From positions 744,001 through 808,000 of the forward strand of contig JAIVFI010000010.1 in the NCBI GenBank assembly GCA_025558095.1: 64,000 nucleotides of DNA. The letters are read 5' to 3'. The stretch's first letter is position 1. Each line of letters begins with the position of its first letter. Position numbers and translations under genes: made by a program. Under the pieces are notes generated by a model. That model was not told the origin of the DNA, did no database searches, and saw only the letters and a program-made list of their open reading frames with translations. The stretch comes from Hyaloraphidium curvatum SAG 235-1 (lineage: Eukaryota; Fungi; Monoblepharomycota). Below, one piece after another: positions 22,019-31,538 of the stretch.

Positions 22019-22260
22019 TCAAAACGCCGGACACACGCTCTCCACCGTGACCCGCACCCCCGCGGCCCTGAGCACGCTCCACAGCCCCAGCAGCACCGTG
22101 ACCAAGCTGGCCGCGATCCCGCGCGCGGTGCCGTACCCCACCGTGATCCCCAGCACGCGCCGACGGTACCGCGCCGCCTGCTCCAGAAACAGGGCGAGCA
22201 CGGCGTCGTGCGCGGCGATCTCCGCGCGGAGGGCCGGCGACGAAGAGGGCGCGGCTGGTT
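22019..22260 (-). pseudogene. C-terminal (TM7) fragment of the 7TM GRL/7TMIC-like family
   Basis: EIAAHDAVLALFL...RVLGITVGYGTARGIAASLVTVLLGLWSVLRAAGVRVTVESVCP matches the C-termini at 1-504 and 29440-29636. An in-frame TGA lies just upstream and there is no room for the rest of the gene. Confidence 0.75.
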
Positions 22261-22396
22261 CATTGAGTCAGAGGGGAACGAACAAAGGCGGCGTCCGCCA
22301 GTTCGTCGTAGTGGAGCGAGCTATGAAAGCTCTGGAATCTGTTTCGCGATCCTCCGCACTCTACGATCCAACGACACGGTCCGCGGACCTTCCGCC

Positions 22397-23068
22397 CTAT
22401 CCATGCGCAACATCGAGGTCCAAGCACATAAAGTTCAGCTCCATCTCGTGCTTGGTCCCCTCCCAAAACTTCCCACGCCCCTTGAGCACGAACTCGAACC
22501 TCTCGTAGAACTTGACGAGGCTCGCGTCGCAGTCCAGGTCCACGCGCAGCCTGCCCATCCCCGCCGTACGGGCCTGTTCCACAGCCCAGGCGAGGAGGTC
22601 CTCCATCACCGCGCCGGCGATGCCCTTGCCCCTGTACCCTTCGGCGGTGGCCATCATCTGCACGTGGGCCTTGGCCCCGGGGCAGTACTCCTTTGAGTAG
22701 GACTCCGTGAGCGCCGCGACGCCCCCGACGTGCGTCATGTGGTCCGCCCCGTATTCACGTTCCCATTCCGCGAGGAATTCCGCGGTGGGCGCCGCCATGT
22801 CGAACCCGGAATCGAACCTGCACGAGCCGGTGCCGACCACGCGCCCGGTGCCGGGGTCGCGGAGGACGACGGCGCGCGCGGTGCCGGCGAGCATCGTCCC
22901 GAGGCGGAACGCGAAGACGAAGCGGATGAAGGGCAGGCGCTTCGCCGGGGGAAGCGGCTCCGCCGCGGACGAGTAGCCGGGGAGGTGCGCCAAAGCCGAG
23001 GCGCAAAGGTCCGTGGCTTCCGGGAGGGAGGCGGCGTCGAGGGGCTCGAGGGCGTAAGGGCGGTGCAT
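22397..23068 (-). CDS. GNAT-family N-acetyltransferase
   Basis: Motif A (MATAEGYRGKGIAGAVM) and motif B (LVKFYERFEF). Intronless. Confidence 0.8.
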   Translation of the reverse strand: MHRPYALEPLDAASLPEATDLCASALAHLPGYSSAAEPLPPAKRLPFIRFVFAFRLGTMLAGTARAVVLRDPGTGRVVGTGSCRFDSGFDMAAPTAEFLAEWEREYGADHMTHVGGVAALTESYSKEYCPGAKAHVQMMATAEGYRGKGIAGAVMEDLLAWAVEQARTAGMGRLRVDLDCDASLVKFYERFEFVLKGRGKFWEGTKHEMELNFMCLDLDVAHG

Positions 23069-23363
23069 TGCTGGCTCTTTGGCAGGGGAAAGGGGCACGG
23101 GATGGGGAACTGGAGGTTGGGGGACGGTATGTTTTCCGCGGAAGTGTCCGTGGAAGCTTCGAGGAATTCGGGGCCGGGCGACATCTTTTAACCGCCGCAT
23201 GCGGCCACATGTTGGACATAGCATCCAAAGCAATCCATCTGCGCGATTCGAAACCATTAGACGCCACGCCCACCTGGCCGAAGGTTGTCTGCAGCATCCA
23301 ATCCCTTCCAGGGTCCGCGGGTCCGCCGACATCCCCCACCACATCCCCGCCCATCCCGTCGCA

Positions 23364-24274
23364 ATGGCCGCCGCGCAGGACGCGCCGCCGGCGTGGCTCT
23401 CGCAGCCGCTGCCCGCCGGCTGGGTGTCGGAGTTCGACGCGAACCACCAGGTCCGTCCTCCGCGGGTGAACACGGAGGCAAAAGTGCTGATCTCCAGGGC
23501 GTCGGCAGGCCTGGTACTTTGTCGACACCACGAAGAAGCCGCCGTTCGTCACGTGGGACGACCCGCGCGAGCCGCCCGAGGCCGCGGCCCCCGCGGCCCC
23601 CGCTGCCGCCCCCGCGGCCCCGGCCCCCGCCGCCCCCGCGCAGCTGGTCGCCCCCGCCGCCGTGCCCGCGGGGAACACCGGCGTCGCCCCCGGCGAGCAG
23701 CCGCTCCCCGCCGGCTGGCTCAAGGCGCTCGACAAGGCGAGCGGGCGGTACTTCTTCATCGACCCGAAGCAGGCCGTGACCTGGGACGACCCGCGGACAC
23801 CCGAGGGTACGCCGGCGCCCGTCCGCGCTCCCGATCCCGGGAACCTGATCCCCTGCCGGCAGTCGAAAAGGCACCGTCGAACCCCAACAAGAAGCCCGCG
23901 CCCGCCCCGGCGCCCGCCGCTGCCCCCGCACCGGCACCCGCCGCCCCCGCGGGCCCCAAACCGCCCCCGCCCCCGCCGCGCACCGACGTCATCCCCCTCT
24001 CCGTGTCGGCCCCCTCCCCCTCGGCCAACCCCGTCGCGCCGCCGCCCCCGGGCGAACCCAAGAAGAAGCACGGCTTCTGGACCGGTGGGTCGTCCTTGCC
24101 TCCCGGTCGTTCCGGCTGACGGTTGCTTCCGGTACAGGTGCCGCGATCGGCGCCGGCACCGCGCTCGTGATCTTCAACCCCATCAGCGCCGTGATCGTCG
24201 GCGGCGCGGCCGCGGTGGGCTACGTGAGCAGCAAGATGGGCGACTCGGACGACGAGAAGGACAAGAAGAAGTAG
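23364..24274 (+). CDS. Double WW-domain protein with Pro-rich linker and C-terminal hydrophobic segment, 3 introns
   Basis: PLPAGWVSEFD...WYFVD...TWDDPR and PLPAGWLKALD...YFFID...TWDDPR. Confidence 0.75.
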
Positions 24275-24534
24275 GCCGCAGGGCCCGGGGGTTCGGTCGT
24301 CGGCGGGTCGGGTCCATCGGCGTGGGCGGGGGACGGACGGCGGGGGGGCGGAGGCGAGAAGTAATCTATGGGCCGTCCCGCGGGGCGGCCGGTACGTAAG
24401 ACAGAGATGATGCGATTCCACTACCCCGGCCGATCTGCGGAATCGCAACGGGTCAGTCGCCGTCCCGTGGCAACTGCCGAGCGGCACGATGAATACCCAC
24501 CGAAAACGTTCCAACGGACACCACCACGCGCGCA

Positions 24535-25718
24535 CTACGCCGCCTCCTTGCCCTCCTCCGCCGCCGAGAAGAACGCGTCCTCCGCCGCCTCCCCCTCGGC
24601 GTCGGGCGCCCGCTCCTCGCTGGGCTCCCGGACGACGGGCAGCGCGGGGGTGGTGTCGAGCCCCGGCGAAAGCGCGGCCGAGGTGGCTTCGACCTCGGTG
24701 AGCTCGGTCACCTCGACCGTCGTTTCCGCCGACGTCTGCGCGGGGGGCGAGGCCGGGGGCGGGGACGGGGTGAGCGGCGGGACGACGATGGGCGCGATCC
24801 CTGGCTCCTCATCCGGCAACGGCTGCGTGGGGGTAGGGGGTGCCACGACGACCGTGGGCTCCGACGGAGGCAGCTGGTGCGAGCGCAGCACCGCGGCGTC
24901 GGCCTCGCGCTCGTCCGCGAGCTCCTGCGCGTCCATCGACAGCAGGCCGTCGTCGTTGCCCGCCGCCGCCTCGAACATGAGGATGGTGTCCTGGATCACG
25001 TCGTTGGCTTCGTAGTCGGCCAGCTCCGCCGTGGGGGTGGGTTCGCGCTCCGAGGCGCCGTCGTCCGAGGCCGGCTCGCCGTCGTCGTCCTCCTCGGGCT
25101 CGTCCGGCTGCTCGTCGGGGGCCGACAGCGATGCCTGCCCCGGCTCCTCGGTCCGGACCTTCTTGCCCTTGCGCTTGCCGGTCCCCGTGCTCGCCCTCTT
25201 TCTTGGCGTCGGCGTGCCCCCGCTCCTCGTCCGCCGCACGCCCTCCTTGTCCTCCTGCGCCGGCACCTCCGCCAGCGCCGCCGCCAGGCCCCCGTCCTCG
25301 GCCCTCGTGCCCGTCTTGTTCTCCACGTACCCCTCCCTGATCTTGACGCGCACCAGCGAGTCCGCGTAGATCTCCGCGTCTGCGGGCGACGCGTGCGTCT
25401 TGCTCCGCGCCTGGCCGTGCGGGTTGCCGCGCGTGCCGTGCTTGCCGTACCGCACCGTGGTGGTCAGCCCGTCGTGCGAGATGGAGATGGCCCAGAACTG
25501 CTCCCGTTTCCGCGTCCGAGTGGTGGGGACGGGGTTTCGAGATACCCCGTGCCGGCGTCGCAGCGCGGGCGGCGGCCGTCGCGGAGGCCGGATGGGGCGG
25601 AGCGGGCGCGTCAGTATCGTCCCCCCCGGGCAGCGCCGGAGCCGCCCACCCTGTCGATGTTCTCAAAGTACCGCATCGGCCCGTCCCCCTCGTCGCCGCC
25701 CGGACCGGCGTCCGCCAT
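24535..25718 (-). CDS. WGR-domain protein with long acidic low-complexity tail (5' exon structure uncertain)
   Basis: MRYFENID / FWAISIS...TVRYGKHGTRG...KIREGYVE fits a WGR domain. NLS-like RKRASTGTGKRKGKK. Confidence 0.65.
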
Positions 25719-26057
25719 CCTGGGCCGCTCGTCGCCCCGACGCCGCCGGCTGTCGCTTGAGCACCGATTTAGACGCCCGCCAGCAGGCCCGCACGGGGCA
25801 GGGCGCGGAGCTGCGCGGGGGGCGGCGTGGGGACGCGGGTGGGGGTCCGCGGGGTCCGCACGGTGCGGGGTTGAGGGATGGCGCGAACGGGGGATCGCGC
25901 CCGAAGCGCCGCGAGGGAAGGGACGGGAGGGCTCTGTGTTAGAGGGGAAGAGAAGAATGCAAGGAGGAAGCGGGATAACGGGACGGATGGATGGATGAAA
26001 CCGTGGAGTGCACTCCCCACCGGTGACTCATCACCAGACCGGGCGAAGGCAACAACG

Positions 26058-26702
26058 ATGGCATCCGACGACAAAGACGTCCAGGACTTGTTTGCGGGTC
26101 CCTTCGAATACGTCGACCGCGACAAGCTGGAGCGCTCCGTGGTCGGCATCCTCGTCGAGCCCGTGCTCGCCGCCTCCGGCCCCCCGCCCCGGCGCCTCCT
26201 CATCGGCATCGACTTCGATCTTTCCGCCGAGGACCTCTCCACCCGCGACGGCCGCCTGCGCGCCGCGTTCCGCGCCTTCCGCGGGAACGAGACCGCCGTA
26301 ATGCGGGCCGCCGGGGCCGGGCTGCGCGCGTGCCCCGCGTGCGGCGATGCGTGCCCGACGCTGCAGATGTCCATCTTCCTGGACTGGTTCGGCGGGCTCG
26401 CTGCCGCAGGTTTTGGCGGCCGGGCGCTCGACGTGGCGCACGTGCGCGCCGCCCCGACCTGCAAGAGGCCGGCCTGCGTACGGGTTGGGAACAGGATCGT
26501 GCAGGGTCCGAAGCCCGACCACGGGGACTCGTCAAAGGGTTACTTCTGCGGCGCGTGCGGGAGGTTCGCGAAGAAGAAGGAGGACTTGAGGCAGTGCGCG
26601 GGCTGCGGGAGGGCCTACTACTGCGGGAAGGAGTGCCAGAGGACGGCCTGGCCCGAGCACAAGGCAGACTGCGGGTCTTTGACCGGCCGCCAGCAAGAGT
26701 AG
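26058..26702 (+). CDS. MYND zinc-finger protein
   Basis: CGACG...LRQCAGCGRAYYCGKECQRTAWPEHKADC at the C-terminus. Confidence 0.85.
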   Translation: MASDDKDVQDLFAGPFEYVDRDKLERSVVGILVEPVLAASGPPPRRLLIGIDFDLSAEDLSTRDGRLRAAFRAFRGNETAVMRAAGAGLRACPACGDACPTLQMSIFLDWFGGLAAAGFGGRALDVAHVRAAPTCKRPACVRVGNRIVQGPKPDHGDSSKGYFCGACGRFAKKKEDLRQCAGCGRAYYCGKECQRTAWPEHKADCGSLTGRQQE

Positions 26703-27172
26703 CCGCACGGGTATGGTGCCAGTCGATTTGAGGCGGAAGGGTCGCCACCGGGGGAACCGGCGGCGCCTGGCGACGAACCTGGCCAAGGACCCGCGGATCC
26801 CCCACAAAAATGACCGAGTGCGGCTCCGAAGATGGAGGAAATCAGGAAACAAGCTCGCATTGCCCATTTTCCGCGCGGATCCGCCTCCAGTCCGGCGCCG
26901 AACCGCCCCGTCCCCGCCGAGTCCGACCACCCCTTCCCCGCCTCGTCCACCGCCCACCCGCGTCCCACGCCCCGTGCGACGAAGTTCCTTTCCATTTTCA
27001 GCGAGCTCCCGCGTCCCCACTGCGGTCCAAAGTCCCCGCGCCGCGCGCCGGCCGCGCCCTCTGCGACGCGTCCGCCCCGCTGCCTCCTCCCCACTGCCCC
27101 CTTCCCACGACGCTCCCGCCCGCCCCCGCTCCTGCGAGTCCGCCGAAAGAAAGTGGGCCGCCCGCGGGAGGT

Positions 27173-27286
27173 TCACTCCCTCTCCGCCTGGCCGTCGACC
27201 CAGTGGTACGCCAGGATGAGGGCAAAGATGAGCGAGCCCAGGAGGTTGACGGCCGCCGCGAGGGCGTCGTCCGAGATGTGGAGCAT
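27173..27286 (-). CDS. OST4: Oligosaccharyltransferase subunit Ost4 (37 aa)
   Basis: MLHISDDALAAAVNLLGSLIFALILAYHWVD matches the Ost4 pattern ISD..L......G.....LI..YH.V. Confidence 0.85.
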   Translation of the reverse strand: MLHISDDALAAAVNLLGSLIFALILAYHWVDGQAERE

Positions 27287-28046
27287 CGTCCTAGATGAGG
27301 GAAACGGGGTTGCGGCGGCGCCCGGGAGGAGGAAGCGCGCGCAAAGGGCGGGGAAGGTGAAAGACGACGCGTTTCCGCTGGACGCGGCGGGCCGTGCGGA
27401 ACGGTGCCAAGTGGGCGGATGGCGAGGCTCGACGCGTGCGCCCTTCCTCATGCGGCTCGACTTCCCCAGCTATACACGACAGCACCTGGTGGACTTCAAA
27501 GTGACGGGAGGGCCGAAACCGCGGATGCCTGGACGACGGTGGGTGGGCAGCTCGGTGGTATGTCGACCGTCGACCGCTCCTTCTTCGCTGGTTCATTGCC
27601 CTCACGCACCAGATCCACACAGGGCTCGTCAGTCTCCATTGTTCTCATTCGGCTGTTGTGCGTCGCAGAAGAGGATGACGAGACCTGGATCAGCCGGCGC
27701 ACGTACGGGGACACGGAGATGAAGATGCTCGTCGCCAGTCATTGACCACCGGGAATTTCAACGCTGGCGAAGAGAGCTGCGGCAGAGCTTCCATGTGAAA
27801 ATGTGTAAAGCTGGGCGGATTTCCGGGAGGAGCAAGGCATCTCGCTGAGCATCTCGCGTGCGTCCCCTTCCATCCTCCCCCGGATGTTGCATCGTCACAT
27901 CAGGCGTCCAGAGCTAGAATCGTCCTCGAAAATTGGCCTCGGCGCTCACGTGGCGTCGAATCAAGGGCTAAATGAAGCCACAGGGCGGTGGACGAGGGAC
28001 GTGCGCGACGCACTCGTCGGGGCGGCCACCAAACATTGGCTTCCCC

Positions 28047-29636
28047 ATGCAGCGCGCTTCCCGCGCCGGCCCCCGCCGGCCGTCGCTTTCCGCGCCGCCG
28101 TTCACTCTCAGCGAGGCCGAGTGGCTTGCCCTGCTCCCGGACGACCGTGTTCTGCGTTCGGTGCCCGTTCCGCTGTCGACGCGGCCCCTGCCCGACCCCG
28201 CCGAGCGCCTCCGCGCCGAGAACCCGCTGACGCCGCCTGTCACGCGTGCGCAACTGACCGCGGATGGCTACAGCTGGCTGTCCCCCTCCGTACACGCGGC
28301 GTATTTCGTCTCGCGGGCGCCGCCGTTCCACCTCTTCTTCGGGCTCGCCGCGTCCTTCGCGGTACCGCTGTGCGCCGCCTTTTCGGCGCAGGCCGTCGTT
28401 GCCGTCTCAGACCCCGAGGGGCGCTTCGGCACGAGGCAGATCGCAGCGGGCACCGCCGCCTGCGTGCTCACGGTGCTCTGCTACGGCATCCCGTTCCTCA
28501 TCCCCATCTTGACGGGCTCCGCGCCGCCCGGCCGCAAGCCGGGCGCGCACGTCGACTCCAGCCTGTGGGTCTCGGGCGCCTACATCCGCTGGCGGCAGCT
28601 CTTTGCCGGCCCCACCCCCTCGCGGCTGGTCGAGCACGCGCCGGGCGACAGGCTGTGCCCGTGCGCGCTGCCCTCCTGCTCGGGACGGTGGTTCGACTGG
28701 GACCTGGCCTTCCGCGCCGTGCTGGCGCCCCGGGACGTCGTCATGCGCGGGCTCGTCGCGGTGCTCCAGCTCTGGACGCTCGCGGTGACGTTTGGCGGGC
28801 GCTCGTGGACCACCCCCTGGACGGCATTCGTCATGTGCCTCGCCGTCGCGGCGTGGGTGCCGACCGCCGCGGCCGTCACCTTCTCGGTGGGAGCGCTGGT
28901 GGACATGCCGCCGGGGATAAGGGCGTCGGGGAAGCTGCAGTGCAGGGCCATGAAACTCGTGCTGGTGGACCTCCTAGCGCGGTACCGCGCTGCGCTGTTG
29001 CCCGAGCGTGGTGAACCCTTGGATGGCGAGGCCGAGGAAAACAAAGATGACAAACCTGCTCCGTCTATGGGGTGCGACGCCGCGCACGACCTCGATGGAG
29101 CAACTGAAGGCGAGGACTACTACGTGACCCTGCACTCGTACCTCCGCGGCATCTGGCGCGGCAAGCTCATGTTCAGCCTGCAACGCGCCATCCTCACGTC
29201 CTACGGGACCGCCATCTGCATCTCCCTCGTGCTCAACGCTGCCGCGGGCTCCTGCATTCCGCTGTGGATCCTCGTCTTCCTCCTCTCCACGCTGATCGGC
29301 GTGTTCGCCGACCTCCTCCGGCTCGCGGACCACAACGCCCAGCCGGAACTCGTCTCCTCGCTCCTCCGCGACGCCGCGCTCGAAGCCCGCTCCATCCTCC
29401 TCCGCGCCCCGCCAGGGCCCCTGCCGGACCGCCTCGCCCGCCACGCGACCGTGCTCTCCTCCCTCGCGGACCCGCAGGCGCACCACCGCGGCACCTTTTT
29501 GGGCATCGTGGTCGGCTACGGCGTGGTCAGGGCGGTGTTCGCGACCACGGCAACGCTGCTGCTGGCCGCGTGGACGGTGGCCAGGGCGTTCGGGCTGGTG
29601 GTGGTGCTGGATGCGCTGTGTCCCGGGCCGGGGTAA
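28047..29636 (+). CDS. Intact 7-transmembrane protein (529 aa), gustatory-receptor-like/7TMIC candidate
   Basis: Intronless ORF with seven hydrophobic segments and no signal peptide. Loops 1-2, 3-4 and 5-6 are short; loops 2-3, 4-5 and 6-7 are long. GTFLGIVV precedes TM7. Four paralogous pieces lie in the same window. Confidence 0.75.
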   Translation: MQRASRAGPRRPSLSAPPFTLSEAEWLALLPDDRVLRSVPVPLSTRPLPDPAERLRAENPLTPPVTRAQLTADGYSWLSPSVHAAYFVSRAPPFHLFFGLAASFAVPLCAAFSAQAVVAVSDPEGRFGTRQIAAGTAACVLTVLCYGIPFLIPILTGSAPPGRKPGAHVDSSLWVSGAYIRWRQLFAGPTPSRLVEHAPGDRLCPCALPSCSGRWFDWDLAFRAVLAPRDVVMRGLVAVLQLWTLAVTFGGRSWTTPWTAFVMCLAVAAWVPTAAAVTFSVGALVDMPPGIRASGKLQCRAMKLVLVDLLARYRAALLPERGEPLDGEAEENKDDKPAPSMGCDAAHDLDGATEGEDYYVTLHSYLRGIWRGKLMFSLQRAILTSYGTAICISLVLNAAAGSCIPLWILVFLLSTLIGVFADLLRLADHNAQPELVSSLLRDAALEARSILLRAPPGPLPDRLARHATVLSSLADPQAHHRGTFLGIVVGYGVVRAVFATTATLLLAAWTVARAFGLVVVLDALCPGPG

Positions 29637-29899
29637 GGTATGGAGCGCATTCCTTTTGCCGGGAGGTGCAGGAGGACGCGGAGGTAGCGCCGGGATCCCC
29701 TGGTTTGCGGTTCCGGGGGCGGCGGTGCGGCGACGGCACGGCCACCGGGCGCGCGGCGGCTTTCCGGACTCGGGCAGGCCGGAGGACCCGGAGTGGACTC
29801 TGTCGGGGTAGAGTGGCGCTGTTTGCAGCGAGCGGATGTGTACCACTTGGACCCACGGGCGGGTCCCGGCCCCTGCGCAAGATGCATTGATCTTCCGTC

Positions 29900-30224
29900 C
29901 TACTGCCCCGCCCTCTCGATCCTGTCCACCCGTTCCTCAAGCCTACCGACTGCCTGCTCCACGCCGCCGACCCTCTGCCGCATCTCCCGCGAGAAGTTGC
30001 GGAACTCGTGGGTGAGCGCTTCCACCTGCCGATGATCCGGGCATCGGCACGAGCTCTTCCACCAGAGGAAATCCGGACCTCACCTGGGCCTGGGTAGCGG
30101 GTGGTCCGGCGGCAGGGAGAGGATCGGCCGCGGGAGCCGGAGGATCGTAAGGCGGGAGCGGTTCCTCGTGGACGTCGTCGGCAGGGGGGTTGAGCGGCGG
30201 CGGTGGCGGCGGCGGGTTCGGCAA
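29900..30224 (-). CDS. Small Pro-rich PPxY plus coiled-coil protein, paralog of 34994-35333 (no ATG; possible pseudogene)
   Basis: NPPADDVHEEPLPPY, intron 30083-30026, then VEALTHEFRNFSREMRQRVGGVEQAVGRLEERVDRIE. The frame starts at TTG. Confidence 0.55.
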
Positions 30225-31538
30225 CGCGGCTTGAGGAACGCCAACTTGAACGTGTGCAGCGGTAGGGCGCCTCCTTGGTCTACGATGCCGGGCACCGTGG
30301 CTTGCGCAGCGGCGTGGTGCTGCTGCTCCGCTGTGAGAAAGGGTGTAGTGGGGAACTTTCTTACCGCGGCGAGCCGCCGTTGGAGGCGCCCCCTCCTGTC
30401 GAATGGATCTTGTTACTCCTTGTTCTTGGCCTGGTTATGGTGCGCAGGCGCCGATACGCACCCGCCGACGCCGATGAGGTGGCCGCTTCGGCTCGCTGGA
30501 AACGGCGGCAACGGGGAGCAGAAACACCATGAGTCCTTCATGAACGTGAGTGCAAAGTGCAGTAATGGGCAGCGAACCTGGGACAAGCTCATTCGTCGAG
30601 GACCAGTGCGTGCTGGCGGTGTGATCGAAGTGTGAGGGACAGCGAATCGTCAAATGCCCAAAGGACGAACTGCGGCGCTCCCCCTTGGACACTGTACTGC
30701 TGAATCAGGGGCTAAAGCCCGGCCTGCGCTGAATGGTGCTTCTGATGCTCACGTGGCGCCGGAATGGTACCTGATTGATCGAGCTCGGGCAGCGAGGGCG
30801 ATCTCGTCGCTGCGTCGGTTCCCCCGATCCCTCCGCGAATGCAAAGTCTGACAAAGTCGGGGCGGATAGAACAACCGGACTTGTACGTCCTCGTGAAGGC
30901 GGCGCAATCAATGGATAGCAGATAAGCAACTACGATCGTAGGTTTAGATCGGCAAGACGGGCGGCGAAGTCGGTCTGTGGATCTCGCACATGCGAGGGGC
31001 TTCCGGGCCTCCGGTCCAGCAGGCTCGTCCGCTCAGAAAATAAGGCACGCCAATCCTACTCGCTTGTTTCGCCCTGTAATCGCCCGTGACCCGCGACCGA
31101 GCTCGGACGGAGCATCGATCCAGGTGGCGCCGGCCGGCGCACGAGCCGCCCGATCCCGGCGCACGCTCCCCACTCCGCAACTCCCCGCGCCCGCCCACAT
31201 GCCGCGGCCCGCCGCGTTCGGCGCCGCCGGCTGACCGGCCTTTTGGCTCTCGGGCCCGCGCGGCGGCGGACGGCGGGCGCCGCTCCCCGCCGTTATCTCC
31301 CTCGCGCGCAAGGGCACCCGCAATCCGCCGCACCCCGCACCCGCGAAAGGCCGTAGCGGAACGTGGAGTTTTGCTCGACGGGTCGGCAGACGGCGCCCTG
31401 CGTGATACTCTCGGCGCCGGAGTGGTCGGCCTCGGTTTTTCTGGGGACCGCTGCCGGCGGCCGGACGCGCCTATCCTCTGCCCGGCGGCCCCCTTTGGCG
31501 CCCCGGTGGTCGCCCATTGACTCGACGCCCGCTTCAAG

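Noticed and set aside
28047-29636. GPCR interpretation of the 7TM protein
   Set aside because: The loop-length pattern and the cytosolic-type Cys/His and charged loops fit N-in topology; no class A, PTH11, Ste2/3 or Git3 motifs were seen.
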